A program made the position numbers and the translations under genes. Of a stretch of 64,000 bases of DNA, positions 1-11,865 are shown piece after piece (the first letter of the stretch is position 1; each line of letters starts with the position of its first letter). The notes beneath the pieces were generated by a model. It did not search any database. It was given only the letters and a program-made list of their open reading frames with translations, and was not told the origin of the DNA. Source of the DNA: Corallochytrium limacisporum Hawaii (Eukaryota; Protista; Pluriformea); the NCBI GenBank assembly GCA_002811645.1, contig PDIP01000063.1, positions 73,431-137,430 of the forward strand. Reading direction: 5' to 3'.

Positions 1-657
1 AGATCCTCGGGAGTCAAGTTTTTCGGAGTTTTGACCCTGACATACCAGACAGAGGGTGGTACTAGGAAAGAAGGAGAGACAGAGAGAGAGAGGGAGAGAG
101 AGACGGAGAGGGAAAACGAAAAAGGAGGGGCAAGGCTCCAGGCCCCCTTCCCCGGGGGCCCCCGGGGGGCTTTTCCCCAATTTTCCGCTGTGTGTGTGTG
201 TGTGTGTATGTGTGTGTGTGCTAAAGCAAATTGGCCTTAGAGCCGTCTTCCCCTTTCCCCGGGCCGGGGTCGGCCACCGGGTGGGGGGGGGTTTAATTTG
301 TGCCAACCACGGTGCAGAGTACGGGAACTGGGGGGGGGGCCTTGGTGTGGGTGGTGTGCGGATGGTGTGCTGAGGAGCGTTCTGTTTTGGCTTTACGGTT
401 TCATGATAACGCAGGGTTGTTGTAACGGGGTCTTAGATCTACATGACATTGCAATGACAATTGAAAATGTACGGACACAGTTTTGTATGACAACGTGAGG
501 GTCAATGGTCATAAATCAACAATAACATTGATAAACAAAAATTATGTTGGTTGTGGAAAAGCTATAAGGAATCCCTTCACCAGCCTAATACACAGAGCAT
601 GAAGCATAGGAAAAGTACTCCAACAGTGATATTGGGTAGACAACAACACTTAGAACC

Positions 658-2085
658 ATGTTGGCGTCTGCGGGCAAGAGGCTCCTGGGCCGTAGCATGG
701 CTCAGGGCAATCAGGCGTCTGTGGCTCGGATTGCAAACACTGCGCTTGCCTATTCTACAGCCACAAAGACCTACGGTGGGCTCAAGGACGAAGACCGCAT
801 CTTCACAAACCTTTACGGACGGCACGATCCTTATATCGACGGTTCTATGAAGCGGGGAGATTGGTACAAAACCAAGAATATTGTCGAGAAAGGTGCCGAC
901 TGGATTCTGGACGAGATCAAGAAATCTGGTCTGCGCGGTCGCGGTGGAGCTGGGTTCCCCACCGGCCTCAAGTGGTCTTTCATGAATAAGCCCAGTGATC
1001 GTCCCAAATACCTTGTTGTTAACGCAGACGAAGGTGAGCCGGGTACATGCAAGGACCGTGAAATCATGCGTCACGATCCCCACAAGCTGGTCGAGGGTTG
1101 CTTGATTGCTGGTCGCGCCATGGGTGCTCGTGCAGCTTACATTTACATCCGCGGTGAGTTTTACAACGAATCCTCGGTCATGCAGCGTGCCATTAACGAA
1201 GCCTATGCCAAAGGTTTCCTGGGCAAGAACGCCTGCAATAGTGGCTACGATTTTGACGTTTACATGCACCGTGGTGCTGGGGCCTACGTCTGCGGAGAAG
1301 AGACCGCACTCATTGAGTCTCTCGAAGGCAAAGCTGGCAAACCCCGCTTGAAACCACCGTTCCCCGCTGATGTGGGTCTGTTTGGATGCCCAACCACTGT
1401 GACCAATGTGGAAACCGTTGCTGTCGCCCCGACCATCTGTCGCCGTGGTGGTGAGTGGTTCGCCTCCTTTGGTCGTGAGCGCAACCAGGGAACCAAGCTC
1501 TTCTGCATCTCTGGCCACGTCAATACCCCCGTGACCGTCGAGGAAGAGATGTCCATCCCCCTCAAGGACTTGATCGAGAAGCATGCCGGTGGTGTGAGAG
1601 GTGGCTGGGACAACCTGCTGGGTATCATTCCTGGTGGTTCTTCAGTCCCTGTCATTCCCCAAGACACTTGTGCTGAGGTGCTCATGGACTTTGACGCCCT
1701 CCGTGACGTACAGTCCGGTCTAGGTACCGCTGCTGTAATCGTCATGGACAAGAGCACTGATATTATTGCTGCCATCCAGCGTCTCGCTTATTTCTACAAG
1801 CACGAGTCCTGCGGTCAGTGCACCCCGTGCCGTGAAGGTACGACCTGGATGAACAAGGTTATGAAGCGCATGGTCACTGGCCAGGCGCGCAAGTCTGAGA
1901 TCGATATGCTCGAGGAACTCAGTCGCCAGATTGAGGGCCACACAATCTGCGCTCTGGGTGATGCCGCTGCATGGCCTGTGCAGGGTCTGATCCGCCACTT
2001 CCGTCCCGAGTTGGAGGCGCGCATTGACGCCTACCATGCCAAGCACGGCGATCCCGTGACTAAGGAGTACGCTGTGGCACAATAA
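658..2085 (+). CDS. NDUFV1: NADH:ubiquinone oxidoreductase 51 kDa flavoprotein subunit, mitochondrial
   Basis: 475-aa uninterrupted ORF with [52 protein letters not shown] and the Fe-S motif [12 protein letters not shown]...GHTICALGD. The N-terminus is Arg/Ala/Ser-rich, like a mitochondrial presequence. Confidence 0.98.
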   Translation: MLASAGKRLLGRSMAQGNQASVARIANTALAYSTATKTYGGLKDEDRIFTNLYGRHDPYIDGSMKRGDWYKTKNIVEKGADWILDEIKKSGLRGRGGAGFPTGLKWSFMNKPSDRPKYLVVNADEGEPGTCKDREIMRHDPHKLVEGCLIAGRAMGARAAYIYIRGEFYNESSVMQRAINEAYAKGFLGKNACNSGYDFDVYMHRGAGAYVCGEETALIESLEGKAGKPRLKPPFPADVGLFGCPTTVTNVETVAVAPTICRRGGEWFASFGRERNQGTKLFCISGHVNTPVTVEEEMSIPLKDLIEKHAGGVRGGWDNLLGIIPGGSSVPVIPQDTCAEVLMDFDALRDVQSGLGTAAVIVMDKSTDIIAAIQRLAYFYKHESCGQCTPCREGTTWMNKVMKRMVTGQARKSEIDMLEELSRQIEGHTICALGDAAAWPVQGLIRHFRPELEARIDAYHAKHGDPVTKEYAVAQ

Positions 2086-2477
2086 CCATGTATTTTGTGA
2101 ACTATTCCATGACAAAAACCCCCACCTTCAACACATCATATTTGCCTAACATATCAAAAACATGTGGCTTTTGAGATGCCAAACTTTTTGAACACAAGCG
2201 ACGGTATTTTAGATGACCGGAACGCGCACCCAAAGAAACAGAACTGTCCTTGGTTCTGATAGATCCCCAATCCCCTTCCTTCATCCCCTCAGAGCAATCC
2301 ATTGCCTGAGAATTGAAGACTTATTAAAAACTACATCATCCTTTCCAACTAGCATTTGTTGTACCGGAGAAGCACAATAGTCAACCACGACCACCGAAAA
2401 ACCAAAACAACGTAATCCTTAACAATTCGCATGTCTTTGTATTATGTGGGTCACAAAAGAGTCGGGGGCAAGTATCA

Positions 2478-5400
2478 CTAGGCCACCTGCTCGTCGTAGA
2501 GCTTTTTGGACAGCATCGTGAACGCTTTGCTATTGAAACAGTCCTCGAGGTCCTCAAGCTTTGTCTCCACCATGCACACAAGCTCGGGCATGGCGGGTGC
2601 TTTCTTGCGTTGGATCACGCAGACTGCCTTAAACGGCTGCTGGTCCACGGTCTCTTTGCGCAGATTCTCCCGGACCGCCTTCTCATCCTGGAAGGTGACT
2701 GTGCAGATCCCGCTGATACGGATCTTCATAATGATGCACGGTTCCTTCTGAACCATTTCCAGACCACCGTCGAGGTCAAGGATTCCGCCTTCCGGCAGAC
2801 GCTTAAACTCGACAAGTCGCTGCTCCAGGCTGACCGAGTTGATCGTGACGTCCGCGACCCGATCGTCATCGGCTAAGCAAACAAACTGCTGGCCTTGCAG
2901 ACGCAGCGACGGACGGAAAATGTACGCCGTGCCCTCTCTCGTCATAAAGTCTTCACCACCAGCCACGTTCAACGTGCCGGCCGCGGTCAGCTGTGAGAAG
3001 CGGCTGCGGTCTGCTGTACACTCAAACACTGTGCTCGAAGGCTGGGCGGCGTCGACGAAAGCGGCGGGCAGTTTGACCGGCGACGGCTTGGCCGCACGGA
3101 CCATGCCAAGGGGAATCGCGCGCATGGAATTAGCGGCCGTGGGTGCCTTGATGCCGCGGTTGCTGCTGGCATCAATCGCGGCCGCACCGTTCGCAGCAGT
3201 GGAAGCCGTCCCGCCGTTGGTTTTTTTCTCGCCGCTCTGTTTGGCATCGTCAGCGTTGGTCGCCTCGAAGACGTTTTCCTCCGATTCATACAGCATCGGT
3301 GCCGGGGTGGGTGGAACGTCGCAGACATTGATCGCATTGCTCGGATCCAGTCCAAAGAACGGGCACTGTTCATGCGTCACGTAGCACACGGGTTGCCCAC
3401 CGTTGAGTGGCGTGCGCGTCTCCGTGCCGTCCTTGTTAGTGGAATTCATCCAGACCAGATAGCAGAGACCCGGCTGCAGGCGGTCGTCCACGTACGCGCC
3501 CATGATGGTCATATCATCCGCATAGACATTGTTGACGCGGTAGTGACGTCGGCCCGGCTGTAGCATGTGACGCACATTGTCCTTGTCCCAGACAATAAAA
3601 CCGGTAGCGTCCCGGAAGTGACCTTTTTCATTCAGGATAGCTTCGGGCACGTGACGCTTCATGTCCATGAGGAGACTGTCAAAGTTATCACAATGCGAAG
3701 TCACCTTGGCACTCTTCCACCAGTCTGTGTAAAGCTTGATCAACTTGCGGAACGTTGCATCGTCCATGGATTTGAGCAGATTCAGAGCCTTCTGCACGCC
3801 TTCGATTTGGCCTGTGGGCTGGCCTTCGTTCTCCATCTTTGACGCCTCCTCCTGAGCCTCACGGATGCTCTGAATGTCCACGTTGAAGGGGTCGAGGCCA
3901 ACCTCGTCAATGCATTCCGCAATGGCCAGTTGAATCTGCAGCATACGCTGAGGACTGGATGATGCAAGTTCAAAGAGTACGGCATCATCCGGATCAGCGA
4001 GCAGGGCAGCCATGCGCTTCTCAAGCATTTCCTGCTCCTCGTCAGTGGTGGCCTTGCTTAAGCCTTGCTCCGCATTCTTTTCGTTCGCCTCGGCAATTTC
4101 CGAGCTGGTCAATTTACCGAGCTTGGTAACGCCCTCCGACTTGCGCATGCCCAGCAGTTGCTTCTCTGGCGTCACCTGGCGTCCCTGGTCGCCGTACGCG
4201 GGTGGCGCAGTGATGCGCATGGAGCGGCCCTTCGGTGCATCGCCCATCAGGCGCTTGCCAGTGGTGGCATTTATCGCTCGCTTGGGTGACGCGCCCCGCA
4301 GCATTGCGATACCACCGCCGTCGTCTGAGTCACCGTCGCTGTCTGTGTCGCTGCCGGCCCCAAAGGCGGCCATGCGCTGTCGCTGAGGCTTGCTCTTCGT
4401 GTCTGCTTTCTGCGGCGTGCCTTCCTGCTTCTCCTGACGGCGCCGCATGGTAATGGTTTCAATGTCCTCGCTTTCCGAATCTGCCGACTCACTCCCAGAG
4501 CCGCTGCTCTCATCGCTGCTGCTCGCCCCAAAGAGCACCTTCTGCCGGGGCTTGGGGGATTCCTGAGTGGATCCCTGTTCTAGGGGCGCCAGCTTAGAAG
4601 AAGCCTTGCCGCCGACTTCCAGGTTCTCCTTGGCCAATGTCGTCAGGTCGACCGAAGACGCCTTCTCAGCGTCCACGACGTGGCGCAGGCGCGGGTTGAA
4701 AGTCTCGTGGTCCGGACTCGGGCTGCGATCGCGGCGAATCATGCCACCTGACCCGGGTGCCCGGTAGTGCATGCGCATGGCCTCCGCACCGTCGTCTTCC
4801 ACTTGATTTAGCACTCCCGAACAAGCCATGTCGTAAACGTACTGCAGATTCGACGTCGTTTTGGTTTTGCGCATGGACAGGCCGCTGTGTTGAGCCTTTC
4901 GGATGATGGTGCGCGGCCCATTCATTCGGGTGCTGACCATGGGCATGAACGTATTGATGACTTCCGAGGGCTGTCTAGTGGAACTCGAGACCAGCAACGA
5001 GGATTGTCTCACAGCCGTGTTGCCCTGGGGATCACCAGGTTGTATCGTTAGGTCACCTGTCGGCAGGGAAAGCCGACCCATTGGTAAGCTACGTTCTTCT
5101 CCCGCCAGAACATTTCCTGGAATAGCCTTGGCTACGCCTCCTTCGCCCATGGTAATATTCATGTTACCGCCGCCGCTGTTCACGTTGAGATATGGAGCCA
5201 TCAGAGACTGCAAGTGGCCGCTTGAGTTCGCCGCGCGCACTACCTGGTTTTCCTTCCAGATGCGATACCATTCGCGCCACATGAGGTTGTCCAGACGCCT
5301 CGCCACAAGGAAATGGCTAGGGAGCATTCCATCACTCTCTTCCATGCTGTGGAAGGCTTCCTGGACGCTGACTTCTTGTCCCTGCTTCCAGTAGTCCTTA

Positions 5401-5873
5401 TACTTCTTGTTGTTGTTATTGATCATGAAGGCACCAATTTCCTGGTGCATAACCTTCTCTATAAATGTGCGCAGTTTGTGGGTATGGTGCGCCGTGGGAC
5501 CGTGTTGTCCTTTGGTGGACACATGGCGCAACAGTGTGTTTGCATGTCCCACAACGTGAGAATCGACGGGCAGTGCCTCAGAAGCCATGGCATTCGTCTC
5601 ATCGGCCAGCGACGAGTTGTCATTGTCATGGGGTTCGTTGCTGCTCATGGATCCCTGGCGTACGATAGGTGACCCAATGCTGGAAATTTCTCGGGAGCTG
5701 TCTGGTCCACCATGGTGGTCATCATGGCCGACGATTTCCGTCACTTCGTCCCAGGTTCTTGCGTGCAGTAAAGCAGAGTCGTCGACACAGCGACTCCGGA
5801 CCGAGTTACTCCGTGATAAGTGGTCTTGAAGTTCTGCCATTGTAGGCCTATGTTCTGCTGTTGACTGCGGCAT
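2478..5873 (-). CDS. 1131-aa protein with an N-terminal Mondo/ChREBP MCR-like (DUF1752-like) module and unassigned C-terminal globular regions
   Basis: Long ORF with coding-like composition and ACC-ATG context. It contains IGAFMIN...SVQEAFHSM...RRLDNLMWREWY. No bHLH is visible. Confidence 0.85.
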   Translation of the reverse strand: MPQSTAEHRPTMAELQDHLSRSNSVRSRCVDDSALLHARTWDEVTEIVGHDDHHGGPDSSREISSIGSPIVRQGSMSSNEPHDNDNSSLADETNAMASEALPVDSHVVGHANTLLRHVSTKGQHGPTAHHTHKLRTFIEKVMHQEIGAFMINNNNKKYKDYWKQGQEVSVQEAFHSMEESDGMLPSHFLVARRLDNLMWREWYRIWKENQVVRAANSSGHLQSLMAPYLNVNSGGGNMNITMGEGGVAKAIPGNVLAGEERSLPMGRLSLPTGDLTIQPGDPQGNTAVRQSSLLVSSSTRQPSEVINTFMPMVSTRMNGPRTIIRKAQHSGLSMRKTKTTSNLQYVYDMACSGVLNQVEDDGAEAMRMHYRAPGSGGMIRRDRSPSPDHETFNPRLRHVVDAEKASSVDLTTLAKENLEVGGKASSKLAPLEQGSTQESPKPRQKVLFGASSSDESSGSGSESADSESEDIETITMRRRQEKQEGTPQKADTKSKPQRQRMAAFGAGSDTDSDGDSDDGGGIAMLRGASPKRAINATTGKRLMGDAPKGRSMRITAPPAYGDQGRQVTPEKQLLGMRKSEGVTKLGKLTSSEIAEANEKNAEQGLSKATTDEEQEMLEKRMAALLADPDDAVLFELASSSPQRMLQIQLAIAECIDEVGLDPFNVDIQSIREAQEEASKMENEGQPTGQIEGVQKALNLLKSMDDATFRKLIKLYTDWWKSAKVTSHCDNFDSLLMDMKRHVPEAILNEKGHFRDATGFIVWDKDNVRHMLQPGRRHYRVNNVYADDMTIMGAYVDDRLQPGLCYLVWMNSTNKDGTETRTPLNGGQPVCYVTHEQCPFFGLDPSNAINVCDVPPTPAPMLYESEENVFEATNADDAKQSGEKKTNGGTASTAANGAAAIDASSNRGIKAPTAANSMRAIPLGMVRAAKPSPVKLPAAFVDAAQPSSTVFECTADRSRFSQLTAAGTLNVAGGEDFMTREGTAYIFRPSLRLQGQQFVCLADDDRVADVTINSVSLEQRLVEFKRLPEGGILDLDGGLEMVQKEPCIIMKIRISGICTVTFQDEKAVRENLRKETVDQQPFKAVCVIQRKKAPAMPELVCMVETKLEDLEDCFNSKAFTMLSKKLYDEQVA

Positions 5874-8800
5874 GGTGACAGTTTTCGTTAACTTGTGTCC
5901 CGTGTGGTTTGATTTAGTACAAGAGTCCTATGGATACGAACCAGTGTAATATATGCTACAACGTCAATCTAGACAAGTTGATATTCCCAAGTCTAGGCAC
6001 GTACTAATGTGCGTCTGACACTAGACTATAACACAAATACATGGTAGCATATAAACTTAAACAAATGGTTCTTCTCTTTAACTTCTCTTGTTTCTCCTTT
6101 GTTCACCCGAGGACCGCTTTGTCGGGTCCTTTCTTTACTTCCTGGACGTCCCTTGCAACAGACTATTACTGACGGACGTGAATTCGCAAAACGGAATTTT
6201 GCGACTCGTTCCGCCTGGTTTGCTCAGGCTCTCTATTCCCGTCGCTATTTTCAATTTTTGTTTCTAAGAGATGTGACACCTCTACAGGCATGCAACCTCT
6301 AAAGACCTCGATTACCAATCGGTTCCTGGGCCAACATGTGCAGCCCCAAACACCTTGGCCTTGGTAGCTCTTCGAATTTCAAAAGTTGAGCAATACCCAT
6401 TATTCGTCCTATCCTGAACTTCGGCCAGTGCTCCACAACTCAATCAAATGGACAGCCACGAAATTACTGCCACAAAAAAACAACACAAAACATTCCGAAC
6501 ACCAACGTTTCCCCTTTTTCAAGCAAACGGTCTCACCCCGGCCCAGGGGAAGCCTTCACACCGCCCATAGCGGAAGAAGCAGGCGCCCCCTCCCCCCGGG
6601 AAGCCCAACGGAGCACACCTCCCCCCTTCCCCCCTTTTACCCCCCCCCTTCTGGGCAAGTCCCGGTGTCGAAAGTAAAAACGTCAAAAGTACACTTGCAG
6701 AAAAAGGGGGTCAGACTGCCCAAAAAAAAACTCAATAATAAAAGATTTCAAGAAAAAAAAAAAAAGAGAAAATAGGAGAAAAAGGTCGACGGGGAGAGAC
6801 ACGAGTCGTTTTGGTGCAGCTCGCTACCCTACCCTACCCTCTTTGGAACCCGGAAAGTGTATACATTAGTACAGTGCAGGACGGCATAATGGATCACCGG
6901 GAAAAAAAAAGGCGGACCACCAAAACACGACACCCTGAAACCCCGAAACCCGCACCACACAGACAACACGCGCGCAGGTGAAGTGTTAACCAAAGCAAGC
7001 AAGAAAGGCAGAGAAAAGGTGGAAAGAGAAAGGGAAAAAAGAAAAAGAGAAAGAGAGAGAGAATTGTGGCCCACGCATGCACGTCATAACCGCCAGTGAA
7101 GCCAGCTCAAAGGCACCAAAGGGCTATTGCCCATCGGTCGTGTGAGCTAGATACTCGCTCTCTCTCTATCTGTCTCCCTAAGGGCTTTTATTGGAAGGGA
7201 GAAAATTGTAGACAAGGGGAAGGATTGGGGGGGAGGGATGGTGGGCCAAAATCCATAAAAAGAGAGCCAGGGCAGACGGTGACACTCACCCAGGCGGTGA
7301 CGATGCGGTCATATGACCGTCACCTCCCTCCTCCGCTACTGGGGGGCGGCGGGCCGCGTTTCTCTTATTTCTCCACCCGGCCCCTTGCACTATAACGACT
7401 GCTCTCCCATTCTCAGTGTAGTGATATTTTGATACATTGTATATTGAATAATACTGTCCTGTGCTTGTAATTGTAATTGGCCTTGGTAACCAGCCGAAGG
7501 TTTCCGGAACCCGTCGGTACAGGGGTGCTTGCGAGCGGCAGGCCGAGGCAGTACTGAACCAATGCAAGAATGTCCCAGCTGGCCACAGGGACAGGGAGGG
7601 AGAGAGAGAGAGAGAGCTCCGCCGTGTTCCCTACGGAACCCGTTCGGTATAAATAGCCTCACTCTCTGCGGGGCACCGCAGAGTCCAAAGGGGCACACAC
7701 AAAGTGCGAGCGAGAGGGCTAGACACGGGCAAGTCCGCACCGGAAAAAGAAATAGAGAAGGACAGACGGTGGACCAACGGTGGTGGTGTGTGAGTGGTGG
7801 GGTCACCACAAGCATGTCCGTTCCGGGACGGTTGAAAGGGACCAGCAGCAGGGCAGCAGCAGCAGCGCCTTAGTAGGGGGTGGGTGGGTGTAACAGAAGA
7901 AGGAGCTAAGCGAGACAAAGAATTTGGGGGGGGGGTGGTGGTTCCCCCGCTCTCCCCGGGGCCGATCAAAAGACTAAAAAAAGCAGCAGGCCCCCCCCTC
8001 CTCCCCCTCGTCCTCCGCCGGGGAGAGATCGGAAACGGTGGAACACCACGGATCCAAACCGAAGGAAAAAAAATCGAGAACCAAAGAAAAAAGAAAATAA
8101 AGAAGAAAGAGCCGAAGAATGGACAAAAAAAGGCAACAAAAACTTTCATTAGCAAAAGTACCTGATCCTGATTCTAGGTAGAAACTCAACCAACAAAACA
8201 CCGTAGCAAGACCAGGCTCAAGTAAAGAGGAGAGAGAGACAGAGAGTAACCGGAGAGCGCGCGAGAAACCAAGACAGAGCGCTGACAAAGAGCGAGGTTT
8301 TTAAGCCGAGAATATCAGAAAAGCCTAAGAGAAACCGCTGACGCTGACAGCCGGGACCCGCTTCCCCCTCCTCCCCGTAAGGCGTACCGCACGTACCATA
8401 AAGAGCGAGCGATGGCCCGCGGTACTTTTTAGAATGGAACCGAGGGAGCTGGTATGGCGAAGGGAAGGGGAGCGTGTATGGGTCAAGGGTAAAAAGCGGC
8501 ACAAAGGAAAAAGTTTGCTCTCTCGGTTTTGGAGTAGTGGTCGGTCGGTCGATCGATCGGGTGGTTGGCTGGCTGGCACAGCACACACACACACACACAT
8601 GGGTGATGGTTTCTTGGCGGTCTTTTGTTCTTGCCCGGTCGTCTCGCCGCGATGTGTATGTGTAGTGACAAAGAAAAAGGGACTCATAGAAACTGAGGTC
8701 CCAAAAAAAAGCCAGAGCGACACACGGAACGGGACAGCGGTGGTTAATGAATAGCGGGGAATGCGAAGGTCCGAGAGATTCCGTAGGGAAGACCGGAAAA

Positions 8801-10499
8801 AAAAGGAGGAGAAGAAAGGTAAAAAGGCAAGAGAGACGACACGTTGGGGCGGTGGTGAAGTAAACATTTTTGCAGTACTTTGAGTATTAATTATTTCTAT
8901 ATAGGGTCGAGGCGGAAAAGATCGGGAAGGATAACAAGGACGAATGAAATGGTAAAGAAATTGAGAAAGAAAGACAAGAAACAAAAAAAAAACAGGGGTG
9001 AGTGTATGTGTTGCGGTTGTGGGGGGAAGGGAAGCAAGCAGGAGGGGGAGGGACGAGGGGGAAGGAGGGGGGGGGTTGGTGTTGGTGAGTGAAAGGAACA
9101 AGGAAAGGGGGAGATGTGGGGAGGGGGAGGGATTTGGTAGGGCCGGGGAAGGGGGCGGTTGGTTCATTGGGCCCGCCAAGGAACAGGGAGAGTGGACACA
9201 CACGCAGAGAGTGTGTGTGTTGGTGTGTTTCTTTGTCGTCTTTGGTCTCCCTTCCAAACCCCCCCCCGGGGGCCCCTGCCACCTTTCAGAACCTGCACAC
9301 ACGAGGATGGTACACCCAAAGTTGGCGTGGAAGTGTAAGCAGTCCGGAACTATCTGATCGTTCCTTTCGATCTCTCCTTTCTGTCCACATAAAAAAATCA
9401 AAACGAGGTTTAAAAAACAAACAGCAAAATCTCAGTGAACTCTGGGGTGTGATGGTACTGATCATATACGAACAAGCGGATTCCAAAACGAGCAAGCAAA
9501 AAAAAAACTTGTGTGTCTGAATTCGTCGTCAAAAAATTGCCTTCCGGGAAACGGAGAGTTTTTTTTTGCTCTGCGGTCGCTTCCCTCCTTTCCCGGCATC
9601 TACCCCTCCCCTTTTTAAAAAACTGGTTTTTCAGTTCCTAACCAAAAAAAAACACCTTCTTTCGTTTATCTTTTGGACTTGATCCATTTTTTGTTTACCT
9701 CGGGCTTGTTCTTGGTTGGCGGTTTCTTTGTGATTCAGGACCGAAACACGGAGCAGCAACAGCACACCGAAGGGGAGAGAAAAGGGGGAGGTTAGAGTTT
9801 AGGAGACGGTTACTTCCTGGAGAAAAAAGGGGAAGGGTTAGTATAGAGTTTGTTTGGAGATCTTAAAAGAAAGTATTAAAGGGGGAGCCGTGCCACGACG
9901 GCCGTTGACAAGGAGCCCGAAGGGAAGACTAGTGACGGAACCCGTCCCTCATGCTTCAATGGGGCGGAGAAAAATCATTTAAGTATGTTTGTTATTGATA
10001 AAACAGAAGATAAACTATCTCCCACATCCTAAACTTCAAACCTGTGTCACCGTTTCGGGAGATTCTGACCTCTTCCGGTGGGAGTAGACCCAAAAGAGCT
10101 GGGAGCTTTCAGGGATTCACGTGACTTGGGACTTTCGATAGTGAATATATGACCACATGGCCGTCTCTTTTTCTAATTACTGTCGGACTTAAGCTGCACG
10201 CTCAACCTCCCCCCCTCCCCTCCGGGTCGGTCGGTTGGTGGTCCGTGTCATCACCACCACCGGCCCCCCTCCTCTCCCCCCCTTTCAACCCTAACCCGTC
10301 GTCCTCCACCGGACCGGCCCGGGCCCCAGGGGCATTGGTTTTAAAGTCCATACGTTCAGCACTGGTGACTCTGTCTCTGTCCGTGTACCTACGTCACGGG
10401 GAGTCTGACGAGGCCCGCCCCCCTATCTATCCCGCCCAAAAGAAAGCTTTAGACAGCTCCGACCGCCCGGAGAAAAGGAGAAGATAACAAAAAGGGGAA

Positions 10500-11340
10500 C
10501 AATAGCTCGCTATATTCAGTACCGAATCGTTGCGGAACGGTAGTGGGGCGGGAGTGTAAACGCAACTCAGTGGCATGAATCCTTGCGATGTGTCGTGATT
10601 GGGAAATCGGGCCGTCAGGGCGGCAGGCAAGGGGTGGTATGCGCAGCCATCGTACGGTAGCAAGCAGTGCGTTCGTAACGGCCATGCGTGTGTGATGCGG
10701 GCATGCTGATTGATCGAGGTTTATGGAGAACGAGCATCGCTCTGTGGCATCATCCGGTTGAGGTGGGAAGTGGAAGCGGTGGGGATCACTTGGGGCGATA
10801 GACAGGTCGAGACAGCGATGGTGTGGATGGAGATTATAGGGGTGATGCGACCACACCTCAGGAACTCAGTTCAGTTTCAAGACGCTGATGAACTGCGCAG
10901 GCATGACACTAGGTGCAGGCAATGAACGGCCATATGGCACCAATCGCCGTCACGGTGGCCGCAAGAAAGATACCATCTAAGATTAACGGGCGGCGTGCGG
11001 CAACCAGAATTTTGTTGCCTACCCAGGAGGATTGTCGTACATTGTTCATACGTGACTCAAAGTTGGTGTCTCAAAGGGGCATTTGTGGTGGGGGGGACCA
11101 GAGATGTAGAGATTGTATATGGTAGACGCATGCTTAACGGTCTCCCAAAACATGCACAAGCAAAGATATTTCAATGGGCCAACATGCCGTTGGCCATGAT
11201 TAATTGTGTACTGCGCGCACTTGCCATGATCACGTTCGTAGCAAACTATAGATCTCTCTGTTGGTCCAATGATCATCGCCTGCCCATTCGGTTCGCATGG
11301 CTGGGGTATGGCTGGTAACATCTGCTACCGGCTCGGTCCC
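10500..11340 (-). mobile_element. Decayed Ty1/Copia LTR-retrotransposon integrase remnant (element A)
   Basis: Ordered motifs across three frames: MRTEWAG..WTNREIYSLLR (~LRTDNGGEF), IMANGMLAH (~MARSMLAH), FWETVKHASTIYN..KCPFE.PTLSHV (~FWAEAV..A..IYN..KTPFE..PDLSHL), DGIFLA (~EGIFLG) and ELRLHSRPTTVPQRFG (~LRRS.R..P.R). Boundaries approximate; no LTRs recognised. Confidence 0.55.
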
Positions 11341-11865
11341 CGTGTGGCCCAGCCAGCCTACTTTGCGATAGCGTGCTCCACTTCGTGCGCGGTGAAGGAG
11401 TGCTCCTTCTCGCTGCCTGATACATTTTCCCTTTCGCTCTCTCTCCCTTTCGCTCTCTCTCCCTTTCTCTCTCTCTCGTCTGCGCCGGGCCCGTGTGTGG
11501 CCCTCTCTCCTCTGCCGCCCTATCACATTCCGCGCAACGCCACAAGGGTGGGATCTGCGGAGAGGGAGGGGCCAAAAATAGAGAAGGAAGGAAGCGGGAG
11601 GACGTATAGACGCGTCACCGTGGACCAAGTAGGGGACTCGAAGGGGTGGGTACCGTCATACCGAAGGAAGGTGGCCAAGCAATTGGGATCCCCCTCCCCA
11701 CAAGTTTTGCAATTTCTGTGGCTGCGCATTTGCTTCGTGGTCCCCGCTTTTTGGGGTCATCGAATAAATGTAGGACAGACATGATTGACGTGGTCTCTAT
11801 TGGAATGGAAGATGGCGTTATTTGACAGTTGCATGGTTGCGATTTCGACATCTCATGACACAAAA

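Noticed and set aside
577-1584. 335-aa minus-strand ORF
   Set aside because: Antisense shadow of NDUFV1 with no independent motifs.
8325-9401. 358-aa minus-strand ORF and similar ORFs in 6.4-10 kb, 25-32 kb and 58.6-61.9 kb
   Set aside because: Translations of microsatellites and homopolymers (poly-F/P/K, HTHT, ERER) or of N gaps; no domain signal.
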